Shown piece after piece: positions 39,522-51,761 of a stretch of 64,000 nucleotides of DNA. The stretch is from NCBI GenBank assembly GCA_047967505.1, contig CM106538.1, one strand, 5' to 3'. Position 1 is the first letter of the stretch; every line of letters starts with the position of its first letter. The position numbers and the translations under genes were made by a program. Under the pieces are notes generated by a model that did no database searches, was not told the DNA's origin, and saw only the letters and a program-made list of their open reading frames with translations. This DNA is from Dipteris shenzhenensis (lineage: Eukaryota).

Positions 39522-42047
39522 TGTTGGAATATGGAAGAAAGAACTAGAACTAGAAACTAGAAATGACAAGACTGAAAGATAAGAAATACCTTGAGAAGAG
39601 TGTAGACAAGACACAAGCTAGACTGATAGATTACAATGATGTGACCCATTGAATATATGGGCCAAAGTACAAGACATAAAGCAAGAGTGCTTATGGGATA
39701 ATTGTAGAAGTGCCACATGGCACACACTAAAGACTAGACTTAGACTTAGACTTAGACAAATGTAGACTAGGAAATAGTACACTTAGTGTGCACTTATCTC
39801 CAACACCCTCCTTAAGTGGACACTAGGAGTAAGACAGAAAGACAAGACTAGAAGACAGACTGATAGACTGAGAGACGAGATTAGAAAACATGACAGACAA
39901 ATGATCCTGAGACACCCCTCCTCAAGTGATATCCTCATATGGGTTCACAAGGGTAAGGACAAGATGGATCTAAGACACAGTCAGATTTATAGACAAATAG
40001 ACAGACAGACAAGACTAGATAGACAGAAGACTGACTGTAGACAAATAGAAAGACCAAGACACTAGAACCCCTTGACCTACATCATCGGTGGTCAAGGTGG
40101 TAAACAAGACAGAGGCAATCAGAAAGCCCACTTCTCATCATGTGAGGAAGGAACAACGGGATCAGCTGATGGAGATGTTGCAGCAACATGGGCTGAGGTA
40201 GTTGCAGGAACTGATGTAGAGGTTTTGGAGTAGCAGTCCTTCTCCCGGTGATTATCACGGCCACAAATGGTGCATGGATGAGCCTTGAAACAGTCCTTCT
40301 CCACATGATTAGTTTTGCCACAATGGGTGCAAGGCTTTCTTACCTTAGAACTTCCTTTCTTTGCTAAAAATGCAGTGTCACTTACCTTTCGTTGTTGAGT
40401 TCTTTCTTCCTCTTGGAGAGCATTGATGATACCCTCAAGAGAAGGATTATTATGATACTTGAAGGTAGTGACAAGAGTATCATAGGAGTCAGGTAAGCTT
40501 TTGAGAAGCACAGCAATAGCAATATCTTCGGAGATGGGAGACTTGACTGACGCAAGCTGAACCATAAGACTGCGAAGATAATTGACATGAGAGGCTATAG
40601 TAGCTCCTTCCTGCATATGTAGATCAAAGAATGAGATCATAAGTGCAATCTTAGAGTTTTTAGATCGGGCTCCAAAAAGAGTATCCAAAGTGATCCATGC
40701 TTGAGGAGCAGACTGTATGTCGGAGATGTGATGAATGTAATCATCTCCAAGGCCGAGCAATATGATAGCATAGGCTTTGTCATTCTTGGCAGCGACAACT
40801 TGCTCAGATGGACCTTCGGGAGCATCACGGTGAACAATGTCCCAAAGGCCTTCTTTCATAAGGTGGCACTTGATTTTGATCTGCCAAGTATGAAAGTTGG
40901 ACCCATTGAATTTGTCGATAGATATGAGAGAATGAGAGGAAGATGCCATGTGGGAAGGTCTTACCTCTTGCTAGGATGCAAGGGCAGTGTCTATTCCCTT
41001 ACAATATTGCAGAAATAAATGAGAGGAAGAGATCCCGGAAGCCGGTTCTCTCACCACTTTGTCAGGGCCGTAGCATATGACAGCCCATCGAAGCAGGAGG
41101 AACCAGCAAAAAAGGAGAGACTGTTCAGCAAACTGAAAGAGGCAAAAGCTCAGTACCTTAATCCCGGGCAAAAGTAGAAGTGTAAAAAGGATGCATATCT
41201 CCGTGAAGATGGAGCTGGAGAAGTCGTCAACCTGTGCAGGTACGGATTCCGTACAGTCGTACGGACTGTACGGACATCGAGCAGAGTACGGAGTACGGCC
41301 GACGTACGGATGTCGTGCAGAGTACGGACGACGTACGGATGACGGCCAGAACTGTACGGATCTGTCCGACGTACGGATGACGGCGCAGAGCTGTACGGAT
41401 AGCAGGAACGGGTGCTAGATCTGTCGTGACAGCAGAGTGCTGCGCAGATCTGGCGCTCAGATCTGTGGCTGAGCTGCACAGATCTGAAGCGCAGATCTGG
41501 CGCAGAGACTTGGAGCACGCGGCGCAGGCGTATACGCAGCAGAATCGCGCAGATCTGGAGCGCAATGGCGGGGCAGAAAGAGGGCAGATCTCGGAGAAGA
41601 GGCGGCCAGCAGAAGCATAGAAGAGGGCGGTGCAGAGGTAGAGGTGCCACGAGAGGCTGAAGAGAGAGATGCCGGAGGGAGAGGTAAACTGAAAGGAGAA
41701 GACGAAGCTATGGCTACAGCAGAGTGAGAGGAGAGGAGAGGGGATCTACATGCTCTGATACCATGTTGGAATATGGAAGAAAGAACTAGAACTAGAAACT
41801 AGAAATGACAAGACTGAAAGATAAGAAATACCTTGAGAAGAGTGTAGACAAGACACAAGCTAGACTGATAGATTACAATGATGTGACCCATTGAATATAT
41901 GGGCCAAAGTACAAGACATAAAGCAAGAGTGCTTATGGGATAATTGTAGAAGTGCCACATGGCACACACTAAAGACTAGACTTAGACTTAGACTTAGACA
42001 AATGTAGACTAGGAAATAGTACACTTAGTGTGCACTTATCTCCAACA
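39522..42047 (-). mobile_element. Gag-only non-autonomous Copia-type element (TR-GAG-like)
   Basis: 284-bp LTRs 39522-39805 and 41764-42047, identical by eye, TG...CA; TSD gctat; PBS 41752-41763; PPT aaggaggg; no pol. Confidence 0.96.
40119..40949 (-). CDS. Intact Copia-type Gag, 276 aa, two CCHC zinc knuckles
   Basis: KFNGSNFHTW, LLKSLPDSY, CTHCGKTNHVEKDC and CTICGRDNHREKDC. Confidence 0.92.
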   Translation of the reverse strand: MASSSHSLISIDKFNGSNFHTWQIKIKCHLMKEGLWDIVHRDAPEGPSEQVVAAKNDKAYAIILLGLGDDYIHHISDIQSAPQAWITLDTLFGARSKNSKIALMISFFDLHMQEGATIASHVNYLRSLMVQLASVKSPISEDIAIAVLLKSLPDSYDTLVTTFKYHNNPSLEGIINALQEEERTQQRKVSDTAFLAKKGSSKVRKPCTHCGKTNHVEKDCFKAHPCTICGRDNHREKDCYSKTSTSVPATTSAHVAATSPSADPVVPSSHDEKWAF

Positions 42048-42482
42048 GCTATGTGCTTCCTATCTGCAGTGATTGAATGGCAATAGCAATATGGCATCAT
42101 TGGCTCTTTCTAACAAGGTCCCCAGCTCTGGGTGTTTTCTTCCAACATTCCTCGCATTGTACTCAGTGATAGAATATAGCAGTAGGGGACTTGAATATAG
42201 CAACACTCCCCTAGACTCTTCTATACTGGGGTTTATCAATTTCTGCAGCAGCACGCACTGCTCTGTTTGGACACATATGCAAGCTCTTGATCTTCCATAT
42301 GACAATACAAGCTTCATCTTTGTGCCCGATCTGTGCAAACTTGAGCTAACATTAACCTCACATCTAGCCTCTTATCCAACATCATTCATTTTATTCAAGA
42401 TAAAGCACGAGTTGCCACTGATAATGGAGCAGGTACATTGCATAACAAGAGATAACAAATAGAAATGAATAGAAAGCTGAAC

Positions 42483-44987
42483 CTGCTTGACGCGATGCCA
42501 TGCCATTCTTCGAGCTGGTGATCTGACTGATAGAATTGCCCTACCATCCCCCAAGGTCATGCCCTGGACTTCAGCAGCAACAACTGTGCCTGCATCGACG
42601 CCTGAACCCATTGCATAGCCAGAGTAGACTTCTTTGTCTTCCACAAGCAGACTTCTGCCAACAGGGGCCAAAAAGCCTTCTGGATTCTCACTAGCATTTT
42701 TGGAAGGGAGCTCAAAAAAGTCATTTTCAGCATTGTTGTCCCCAAATAGTTTCAAATCCTTCGCAAGCATCAGTCCTGGCAGCTCTGCTCCGATTTCTAG
42801 CTCAAGTGTTTGCTCGTCTCCAGAAATGACCGCACCTAGGACCAAATCTCCGTCCTTTGGCTCGTAGAATTCTGCTCTTGACTCAGGCAATTGTTCTTGT
42901 TCTTCCACAGAACCTACTGGAGCCTGTGTGCTGTCTGCAGGGCTGGCCTGCATCGTTTGGCTGCTGAAGGGAGAAGCAGATACTGAATCATATCCCGTTT
43001 TGAAATCTTCCACTGGCTTGGCAACCATAACACTATCAACCCCATTAGTGTCACCTACACGTTCTAAGGGCTTTGTTGGTATATTTGGAATAAAGTCCAG
43101 AGGCCTGGATTCTGGCCTGTCAGCAGGCTTGGCATCCAGCAACCCGCTCCTATCTGAAATGGTGTCTCCACCATTCCACTGATTCTCCACAGGTTTTTGG
43201 TCGATTGGACTCTCCCAAGGCCGAGGACTCCGTGATGCCGCGTCCCCAAAATTGTTGGTAGATACATTCTCGACTTGCTCGGCATCCACTGTACCACTCC
43301 CGCCCATGTAAGATTTCGTACCCCCAACGCTGTCCCTAGGCCTGTAACTGGTTTGACTACTGCTTCCCATTACTGTGTCACCACTCGAACCCAATGAAGT
43401 GTTCCCATACCGAGACCCTGCATCTGAAAACTTGCTGGGAGGGGGAGGCATGGTGTTCAACGTGTTGCTTCTATCAAACATGGAGTTTCTCTCTGTCGGC
43501 TCAGCATCCCTAAGACCAGCGCTTTCCGAGGGACTCATTGGATAACTGTTACCAAGAATGGTGTCACTTTCTGCAGGCTTGGCATTCCCTACACCATACG
43601 CAGACGAGGGTCCCAATGAGCTACTGTCATTGAGAACGACTTTCCTTTCAGTTGGTTTGGACTGCGCAGCACTGTCCCAGTTATTTGGAGCCGGAGAGTA
43701 AACCTGGCCTGATACCGTATTCCTTTCTGCAGGCTTGGCCTCCGCAACGCCGTACCCAGGCGAAGCGCCTACAGGGTTCGTATAGGTGTCCCTTTCAGGT
43801 AGCCTGTTCTCCCTATCGGCATCTCCACCTGTGACAGTCGATGATGGACTGCTACTGCCAGCCATGGCATTCCGTTCCGCTGGTTTGGCATCCTCACTTC
43901 TGTACTCAGATGAAGGTTCCACTACCTTACTGCCACCCGATATGGTATTGATATCCTCGGGTTGCGAATCGCCAGCCTGGTTTACATATTGACTTCTTCC
44001 TGGTGTATAGGCCGGGGAATCTTCAGGCGTATTGTTCACATTCCTGCTAGCATCGTATAAACTCTCCGAAGACCTGATAACCTTGTAGCTACCGAGAGGC
44101 TTAGGTTCTTGGATAGGTCTATTCGCCCTTATATTTTCCGTCTCGATAGGCCTATTCATCCTCGCACTTTCCAGAGGCCTCGTCTTTCGGAGGTATCTGT
44201 AAGGCTGCGAGCCATCGTTTTTTTCAGCGTCAGCTTTAGCTTGGGCATTGAGAGTATCTAAATAGTCTAGCAAAGGAGAGCGTTGAGTGTCTTCCTTTGG
44301 CAGATAATCTTCACCAATCTGTTCTCCGTAGTATTCCTCGAAGACGCCACCAAAAGGGGGGGCTGGCGGCGGTGGGGGCACGTAACCTTCCATAGAATTG
44401 GTTGCGTAGATTTCGAAATCGAGGTCTGTCAGCTCTCGATTCCGTGGACTTTCAAACTTCGGGGGAGGGACATTGAAGAACGGATAGTCGTCGTCGTCGA
44501 AGTCCTCCTCGTCCAGGGGAGGGGGAGGGACGGAGCTCCGATTGGAGGTATTCTCGTAAGGCCCATTGGAGCTCGTATCCAATCGATCGCCCCCTCCGCC
44601 GCGAGGCTCCGGATTCATAATGTTTGGAAAATACTGCGAGCCGCCACCACCACCACCAGGCCTGGGGTTGACGGCGGTGTCGACGCCACGGTAGGCGCGA
44701 CCGGAAGAGTCGGAAGCGGCAGAGACAGGGGGGAGGGAGGGGGAGCGGGGGAGGGAGGGGGAGAAGTCTTTGAAGAGGAAGGGGGAGAAGAGGAGGGAAT
44801 GGGAGGAGGAAAGGTGGCAAGAGAGGAAGAAGCAGGGGGGACGGGGAGGGGAGAGGGAGAGGCAGGAGGAGCGATGGAAGGAGGAGGGGGAGGGGGAATG
44901 GCAAGCGAGGAGGAGGGGATGGGAAGAAGAAGAAGAAGGAGAAGGAGAAGAAGAAGAAGAAGGTTTGCAGAGCATGGAGGACGCCAT
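42483..44987 (-). CDS. PDE338: S1-domain RNA-binding protein (PDE338/RLSB-like), exon 1: transit peptide, long disordered extension, first S1 region
   Basis: ATG at 44987 (MASSMLCKPSSSS..., Ser/Pro-rich transit-peptide-like to ~VSAAS). 835 open codons ending EFYEPKDGDLVLGAVISGDEQTLELEIGA...GRAILSVRSPARRMAWHRVKQ, then CAG|GT donor at 42482. Motifs recalled as typical of the At1g71720 family. Confidence 0.88.
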
Positions 44988-45890
44988 AGCCAGAGCTCTG
45001 GAGCTCGAGCAAGCAAAGCTTGCTACCCAATTCTTAGGGAAGAAGAAGAAGAACTTGTGTTGTTTGTTGATAAGAAATAAAGAAAAGAGAAGCCTCCCTC
45101 CACACAAACTTAACCACCCCCCCTCTTTTTAACCTTCCTCACCTTAACACCTTGCCTTATCTCCTTATTATCTCCCTCATCTCCTCTCCACTACCAATTA
45201 CACCCACCTCTTTGGTGAGTTCACACCTCTCTCACACCCCGACTTGCAATATAAGCACCCGACAACCTCCATCTGTTTCTGCTGGAATGGAAGGGTGCCC
45301 AGCAACACTCATTGGAGACCTGGGCAGAATGCACTTGGCAGGACGCAAGTTTCCTTAACATGCGAATTATTATTCAAGCTCGGTCCACACTCTCAACAAG
45401 GAGCTACTATCCGTGCTGTGTGACCACCGCATAATGGTGGCACTCGTCCGTCTCAAGGCTCCTTTGCCCCGCCAGTTGGTGTGACCTCGACCTCAAAGGC
45501 ATCCAACACTCCCTCATCATTTGCATTATGATCCCTTCCTCCGCCATCAAGAGCAACTCCAGACCAACGTTACATTTCACAATGCTACCGTTTACTTGCT
45601 ATGCATTTTCAGAGAGACCAAACTTCCATGGCCTCAAGTTACCCAACTCACCATCACCCCACCTATTGCATACCATTTTGCTTGCTATACATGCATTACC
45701 TCCCTCAATGGCACATAAGGCATGGAGTGAAGAATGTCAATCAAGACATGCCCAAACACATGTTGCCTTTGATCCCCACAAGCTTACACAATGTCTAAAT
45801 GCATGGTAGCAATTACCATAATTATAGCATGTACACAATCTACAATTTGCTTTATTTACATTACACAATCATTATATGTATTTCTTTTGT

Positions 45891-46109
45891 GTGAGAAATT
45901 CAATGATATGATCTTATAGCATTGTGTGAACATGTTTCAAGATCCACGAATGGCCCCATAGCAACTCTTGTTAAGAAATTCATGGGCTAAGTGTTTAACT
46001 TAAGGTGCTGAGAAATTCAATATGATCTTATAGCATTGTGTGAACATGTTTCAAGGTCCACGAATGGCCTCATAGCAACTCTAGTTAAGAAAACCATGTG
46101 CTAAGTGTT
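45891..46109. repeat. ~118-bp tandem duplication about 1 kb upstream of the ATG
   Basis: tgagaaattcaat...gctaagtgtt occurs twice. Confidence 0.9.
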
Positions 46110-46599
46110 CTGTGAACTAATGTGTTTGTGCTATATCAAACACTTCTAGATAAATTATAGAGATGCATTGGAAGTCAATTGCTAGATACACCAAAAGGTG
46201 TCATTTGGAGCAAACCAAGTACATAGGGCACTATTCTTCATTATAAGCTCTCTTTGATGTGAGAAAGTACTATTTACATCTTTGCATTATGAAAATTGCA
46301 CCTAAAAACACTGTCTAAATTAGATACTACTCTTATATTGTAGATATCTCGTATCTTATATTGTAGATACTACTCGTATATATAAAGAAACACAAACGTT
46401 CTCAAGCCTTTTATTGAGGTATGGTTGTTTCATGAAACCATGTGATACAAGAACTTTATACCTAACATGATGATTCTAGACTAACAATTCCAAACTACAG
46501 AGTAAATTCCTTCATCTTTTTTTTAAAAAATTAAAATGCCAATTATATTAGGGGGTGGTCAATCCCAAAACTAGACACAAGCTTGAAGTTCTATCCCAC

Positions 46600-49500
46600 C
46601 AAAAAATTGGCCTCCACTGCAAGGATGGCCCCACTGATGACCAGGTCCTCCTTTTCCATTATCTTTCCGAGATCGCGGAGGTACACCTTCACAATTACTA
46701 ACATCATCGATGCTCTAAAGCCCGGCTATAGCTTGTGCTTGAAGACCATTATACTCCCAGATGCCCAGGAGCACAACCACCCCAAGGTAGGGCCAGCTAG
46801 CCGCCAACATCGATGGCAACTTGGCCATATCCCCCAGCACCGGCACTTTCCAATTAAATTCGATCATGAAGCGAACCATCAGTTCATAATGCCTCACAGA
46901 TGCTTCTAGTTTTGTCCATGCCTCCCTCACTACCGGGCATCTCCAACATATATGCCGCAAGTCTTCCATCCCATTCCCATAAAGAGCACATCCAAGATTG
47001 ACCTGGATTCTCATGGCCAACTTTGCTCTCACTTGCAGCCCTTGATTAATGCCCTTCCACTGCAGAAACTTCGCCTTTCCTACCGTGCACCCTTTCCATA
47101 TCTCGGTCAGCCTCGTCTTCCACCATTTTCCCCCTCCTCTCAGCCCCCACAATCTGTTTAGCCACACCGCCACCCCCTTAGCTTTGCAAAGACTTGTAGA
47201 TTCTTCTAACCGTTAGCTTTCGTAAGGGGGTTCTCCCTAGAACCCGTTGCCTGTCAACTGCGTCATTGGCTTGGATGCCGTTTGTCGGCCATGAATAGGG
47301 GATTTTGATCAACACCACGCGGATGAGATCCCCTTTCGTCATCCGATACTCCGTCCTCAAGTGCTCCTTCGACTTCCAATCAGCAGTTCGCTGACTCAAC
47401 AGGTTCTGCCACGATCTAAGCCCTTTCCGAAGAGATTTCTCGCCCTAACCACATCATGAAACCCGAAAGCCTCCCCTACCCTACTCGGCACTACACTCCA
47501 CCAAATTGACTCCCTCAAGCTACCATCCCCTCTCATACCCCCTCTACCTTTCCAAGAGAGTAACGAAATGCATGCTCTCCATGCCGTCACTAGCTCGTCG
47601 ACCGTGTCCGAGGCTCCTTTTCTGCAGGAAAAGTTAGACATAAGTCTTTCGTACCAACTTAGCCCAATCCACTTGCCTGCCCCTACCGCCTTACAGTTGG
47701 TAATGAAGTGCTTCACAATTTTGATCCATGGCGACTACTTCGTGAACAAGTGGGCCAGCCACTTTCCGCCGATGAGAGCAGTGTTCTTCAACTGGGCATC
47801 TGGGAGGCCGATCCCTCCTTCCATTTTTAGGGCTGTCAGAAGGTCCCACGAGACATGATGCATCCTTCTCTTCCCTAGTTCCTCGTCCCAAATGAAACTC
47901 CTAAAGAGAGCTTCGATCTCCTACCATTGGGTTTTTTGGAAGTGGCAAATTGATGCAACGTAAGTGATTGATGCCGCCATAATATGTTGCACCACTAGGC
48001 AATGAGCATTCCTCCCAAGACTTATCCCTTTCCAAGCTCTCAACTTCGCCTTGATCTTTGTCTTAAACCAATCGAACTTTTGATGGAGTGAGACTCCAAC
48101 TCCCAAAGGAGCTCCTAGGTAGCGGATGACTTCCCCCCGCGGGATGAGAACCATCCCCAACCTTTTTACCCACTCTAGTGGGTGTTCATGATCAGGCCGC
48201 AGATGAAAGACTTTGCCCAGTTGCACTTCGACCCTAAAGCCTTGCAGAAAGTTTCTACCACCTCTAGAAGGTTTTCCACGCTACTCTCTTGTTCCTAGAA
48301 GAAGGACACCCTGTCATCCGCAAAAAGCTGTGAGCAGAATTGCTTGTTTGTGACAGGAGGGTGACACCTCTGATCTCTCCTCCTCCAACCTTTCTCTTTA
48401 TCATATGCATCAAGGGCAGTGTGGCAATTGCAAAAAGTAAGGAGGCCAGTGGGCACCCTTGTCTCACCAATCTGTTTAGAGTGAAGTGTCCCACCGCCCC
48501 TCCATTGACACATAGGGTAGCAATTGTGTTCCCAAAGAGACACTTAACCATCTTGATGAAATGGGTCCTGAAGCCCAAGCAGTTGAGCACCACGAGTGAC
48601 AAAATCCCATAGGATCCTGTCAAATACTTTATCCAGGTCAATTTCGAACATGACCACTTTTTTTACCGAAGCACTGGCATGGTCGAGGGCCAAGGCAACG
48701 TTCATGACATTTTCGAAGATGTCCCGACCCTTCACAAACCCGTTCTATTCTTCATCAAGTACTGAGCAATAGAGTTCCCATATCATGACTACAAGTGCTT
48801 TGGTGATGATCTTGTAGGAGGTGTTTAGCATGGTGATGGGCCTCTGGTCCCCTACCCGAAGTCTATCCTGCCTCTTTGGAATCAGCCTCATCAAACCCGA
48901 ATTGACGTGTTCTGATAGCGCGCCGTTGGAGATTGCAACATTGGCCATGTCTGTGAGGTCCTACCCCATTACGCCCCAGAAAGCTTTAAAGAACTCTGCA
49001 CTCAAACCATTGGGGCCTGGTGCCTTTTCATCTGCTAGTAAATGAAGTGCCTCTCCCAATTCACTTTTAGTGAATGGTCATGTCAATAGTGACTTCCGGT
49101 AATCAGAAACTCTGTGCTCGAGACCCTTTAGAGATTCATTCAGGTTGCACTGCCACTCAACATCTTGAATGGCTCTTTCGCCTACGATAGCGCTTAACTC
49201 CTTCCGAAATACTATATGCCAGAGGTCTGTAAAGATCTCCCCCTGCACATCTTGTAGATGATCAATCAGATCCCTGTGGCGGTTTCTCTTCAATGATTGG
49301 AAGAAGGCTTTAGAGGGGCAATCCCCCACATCCAACCACCTTTGTCTGCTCTTGATTTGAGCTTGTTTGGCCTCTCGAAGTTTTGCTTCTTGCACGGCCA
49401 TCTCTGCATCCACCATTAAGGATGCTAGGAATTGGCCCTTTGGGTTCTCAACCATGGCGGCTCTGAGTGCCTCCAAAGCTGATGAAGCCGCCTGTAGCCG

Positions 49501-50400
49501 CCCTATCAGAGCTGCCCGAGCTTTGAAGTCTTCATCCTTCGCAATCTGTAACACTCTTCTCACAATCGCATCCTAGAGCAAGATTGGGTGGCCACCTTCA
49601 GCAGCTACCTAAATCCAAGTCCTCCTAATCAGTCTACAAAAGCTCTTTGTGTCTAAGAGGCTCTTGCTAAACTTGTAAGGAACGTCCTTCGGTCTCTCCA
49701 CAATTCTAGGTACAGAGAACTGCCACACAATAGGAGGATGATTTGAGAGTGCCGTCGAAGCTAGACATGATCCTTTTAGGGAGCCCCTCATCCACCAACC
49801 TTCCTCTGTGAAGTAGAACCTATCTAATCTACTGGCTCTAAACTCATCCCCCTCCTCCGATTGGACCATGTGAATTCGTGAAGGCCCTCATGATCCAACT
49901 CCTTGGCTTCAATCAGCCCTCTATCCATGCAGAGGTCTTCCCACGCCTCCTTCTTCGCCCCCACTGGGGTTGTGCCTCCATGCAATCTATCCTTGGGGCT
50001 CTTTGTGATGTTCCAATCCCCCCTTAGCACCCACTTCCCGTCCCCTATACTCTCATTCACCGTCCTCCAACATGCAATTCTCTCCGCATCTAAATTGGGA
50101 GCATACATGCTCATAACCCGAAACTAAAGCCCATTCTACAACACTGCAACTCCTATTACACACCCATTAGCACTCTTGGCTACCTCTCATGGCCCTAAGG
50201 AACTCAATGCTAACACTGCAGTACCCCCTCTCCCTCTCGTTGGTGAATTCACAAATGTGCAATATCCCATCTGGTCAAATGTAAACCACCACTCGTCCTC
50301 GCAACCACATTTAACTTCCTATAATAGTTACACACTCGAGCGCTTCCTCCTGATCACCACCCTTTTGCTTCACCTTGCTACAGCACCATCTCACATTCCA
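46600..50400 (-). pseudogene. L1 ORF2 (endonuclease, RT, zf-RVT), multiply disrupted
   Basis: YAPN, GDWN, RLDRFY, SNHPPI, RPITMLNTSYKI, RQGCPLA, FADD, RYLG, EDLRHICWRC. Confidence 0.9.
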
Positions 50401-50933
50401 TCTCATTATCATTATCTCCGATCCCTTTGCCTCATCAACATGGAATTAATGGGTGAGAACCTTATATGCATCTCTGAAAAAGTTGAACTTATTCTCCCTT
50501 GCCGAACCTCTAGTGACCTCCTTAAGCCTTTTGAAGAGTGTTTTTGACTGTGCCACTTGGCCACCCTCTTGTGGCTCTCTTAACTTAAATTCTGGGACTG
50601 CTTCTCTTCCAATGCTCTCTTGCGGTGATATGCATCAGGCATGATCTCCTCCCTAGTCGTGCCATGCGATTCACCTTCTTCCTTCTACACTTCTTCTCCC
50701 TTGCTTGTGGTTGCATGCCCACCTTTGGGTAGCTCCTCCTCAGAGATATTCAAGGTACCTGGATGGTGCGACACTTGATGCCCTCCATCTTTCCTTTTGT
50801 TCTATTCATCATGTTTCTGTATTGCCTTTCCTTTCTTGCCGATTGTTTTCCAGGGCTCTAAGTCTGTGGGAGCCGTCTGCTCGGGTCTCTTCGAGTGCTC
50901 ATCGCCCGAGCATGTCCCATCGGATGTCTTCTC

Positions 50934-51761
50934 TCAGGGTTCTTCTTGTGAATGGCAAGGCTTCGCCTCTGGTCCATCCGATTTCAAATCTCCCATTGCC
51001 AGCGCTGTATTCATTGCCTTGAGTGGACAATTTTTGGCGAAGTGGCCGAGACGCTTGCAAACGTGACATGCATTAGGATGGGGACTGAATTTAACTTGTT
51101 GCGCAATGATCGGGCTATCCAAAAATTGTATCTTGATGAAGCCCGAGATATCCTGCGTTCTCTCCCATAAAATCCACACCCTCTTCCTACCACCTGGTTG
51201 CCTAGCAGCCGACAGATCCTGTAGCACTTTGCCCAAGGAAGCCACCAAGTACCCAATTTTCTCACCCAGCCATGGGGGGAGGTCTGGAAACTCAATCCAA
51301 ACCGGGCAGTCATGCAACATAAATTGATCAATACTGAAGTCGGGTGACCAAGGCAGCACTAAAACCAGTGAACCTAAGAAGAGAAAGCTCCTACCCACCA
51401 GTTCATCCCTAATAGCTTCGGAGACACATTGGACTAGAAAAAAACCCTTCCCCAAGAATCTTGTGGAATAGCATTCACCTGGGAGGTCACCTTCATATGA
51501 CATGAATTCCTTAATCTCTTTGAAAGAGGGAATATGCCTTGTGAAATAGAGATAGATCCCTCCCCTTGCCAACTTCTCAAGCTCCGGACGCACATTCTCC
51601 ATGTCTAGCATGCATACCATGCCATGTGCCTTCCCACTTTCCAACCATAGCTTGTGCTCCGTCTCCTTTGCTCGTCGGTCAGCCAATTTTGGATGCAGAA
51701 TCTGCTTCGCCTCGTCTTTCGTGAGAGGAGAGAACCCGCTCTGTAGTTTCTTAGTGAGCAC
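50934..51761 (-). pseudogene. L1 ORF1 (DUF4283-like region and zinc knuckle)
   Basis: LGKGFFLV, PWSPDF, PVWIEFPDLP, CHVCKRLGHFAKNC. Confidence 0.85.

Noticed and set aside
38634-39614. His/Cys/Tyr-rich ORFs
   Set aside because: Dinucleotide microsatellite artefacts.
41150-41650. ORFs and CRISPR-like gtacgga repeats
   Set aside because: Short tandem motifs in the retroelement leader; no constant repeat with unique spacers, and the context is eukaryotic.
42372-45107. 911-aa single-exon ORF as listed in the track
   Set aside because: It starts at a non-ATG codon and reads through the GT donor at 42482; the supported exon is 44987-42483.
44283-45132. Overlapping ORFs on both strands
   Set aside because: Shadow frames of the low-complexity transit-peptide region.
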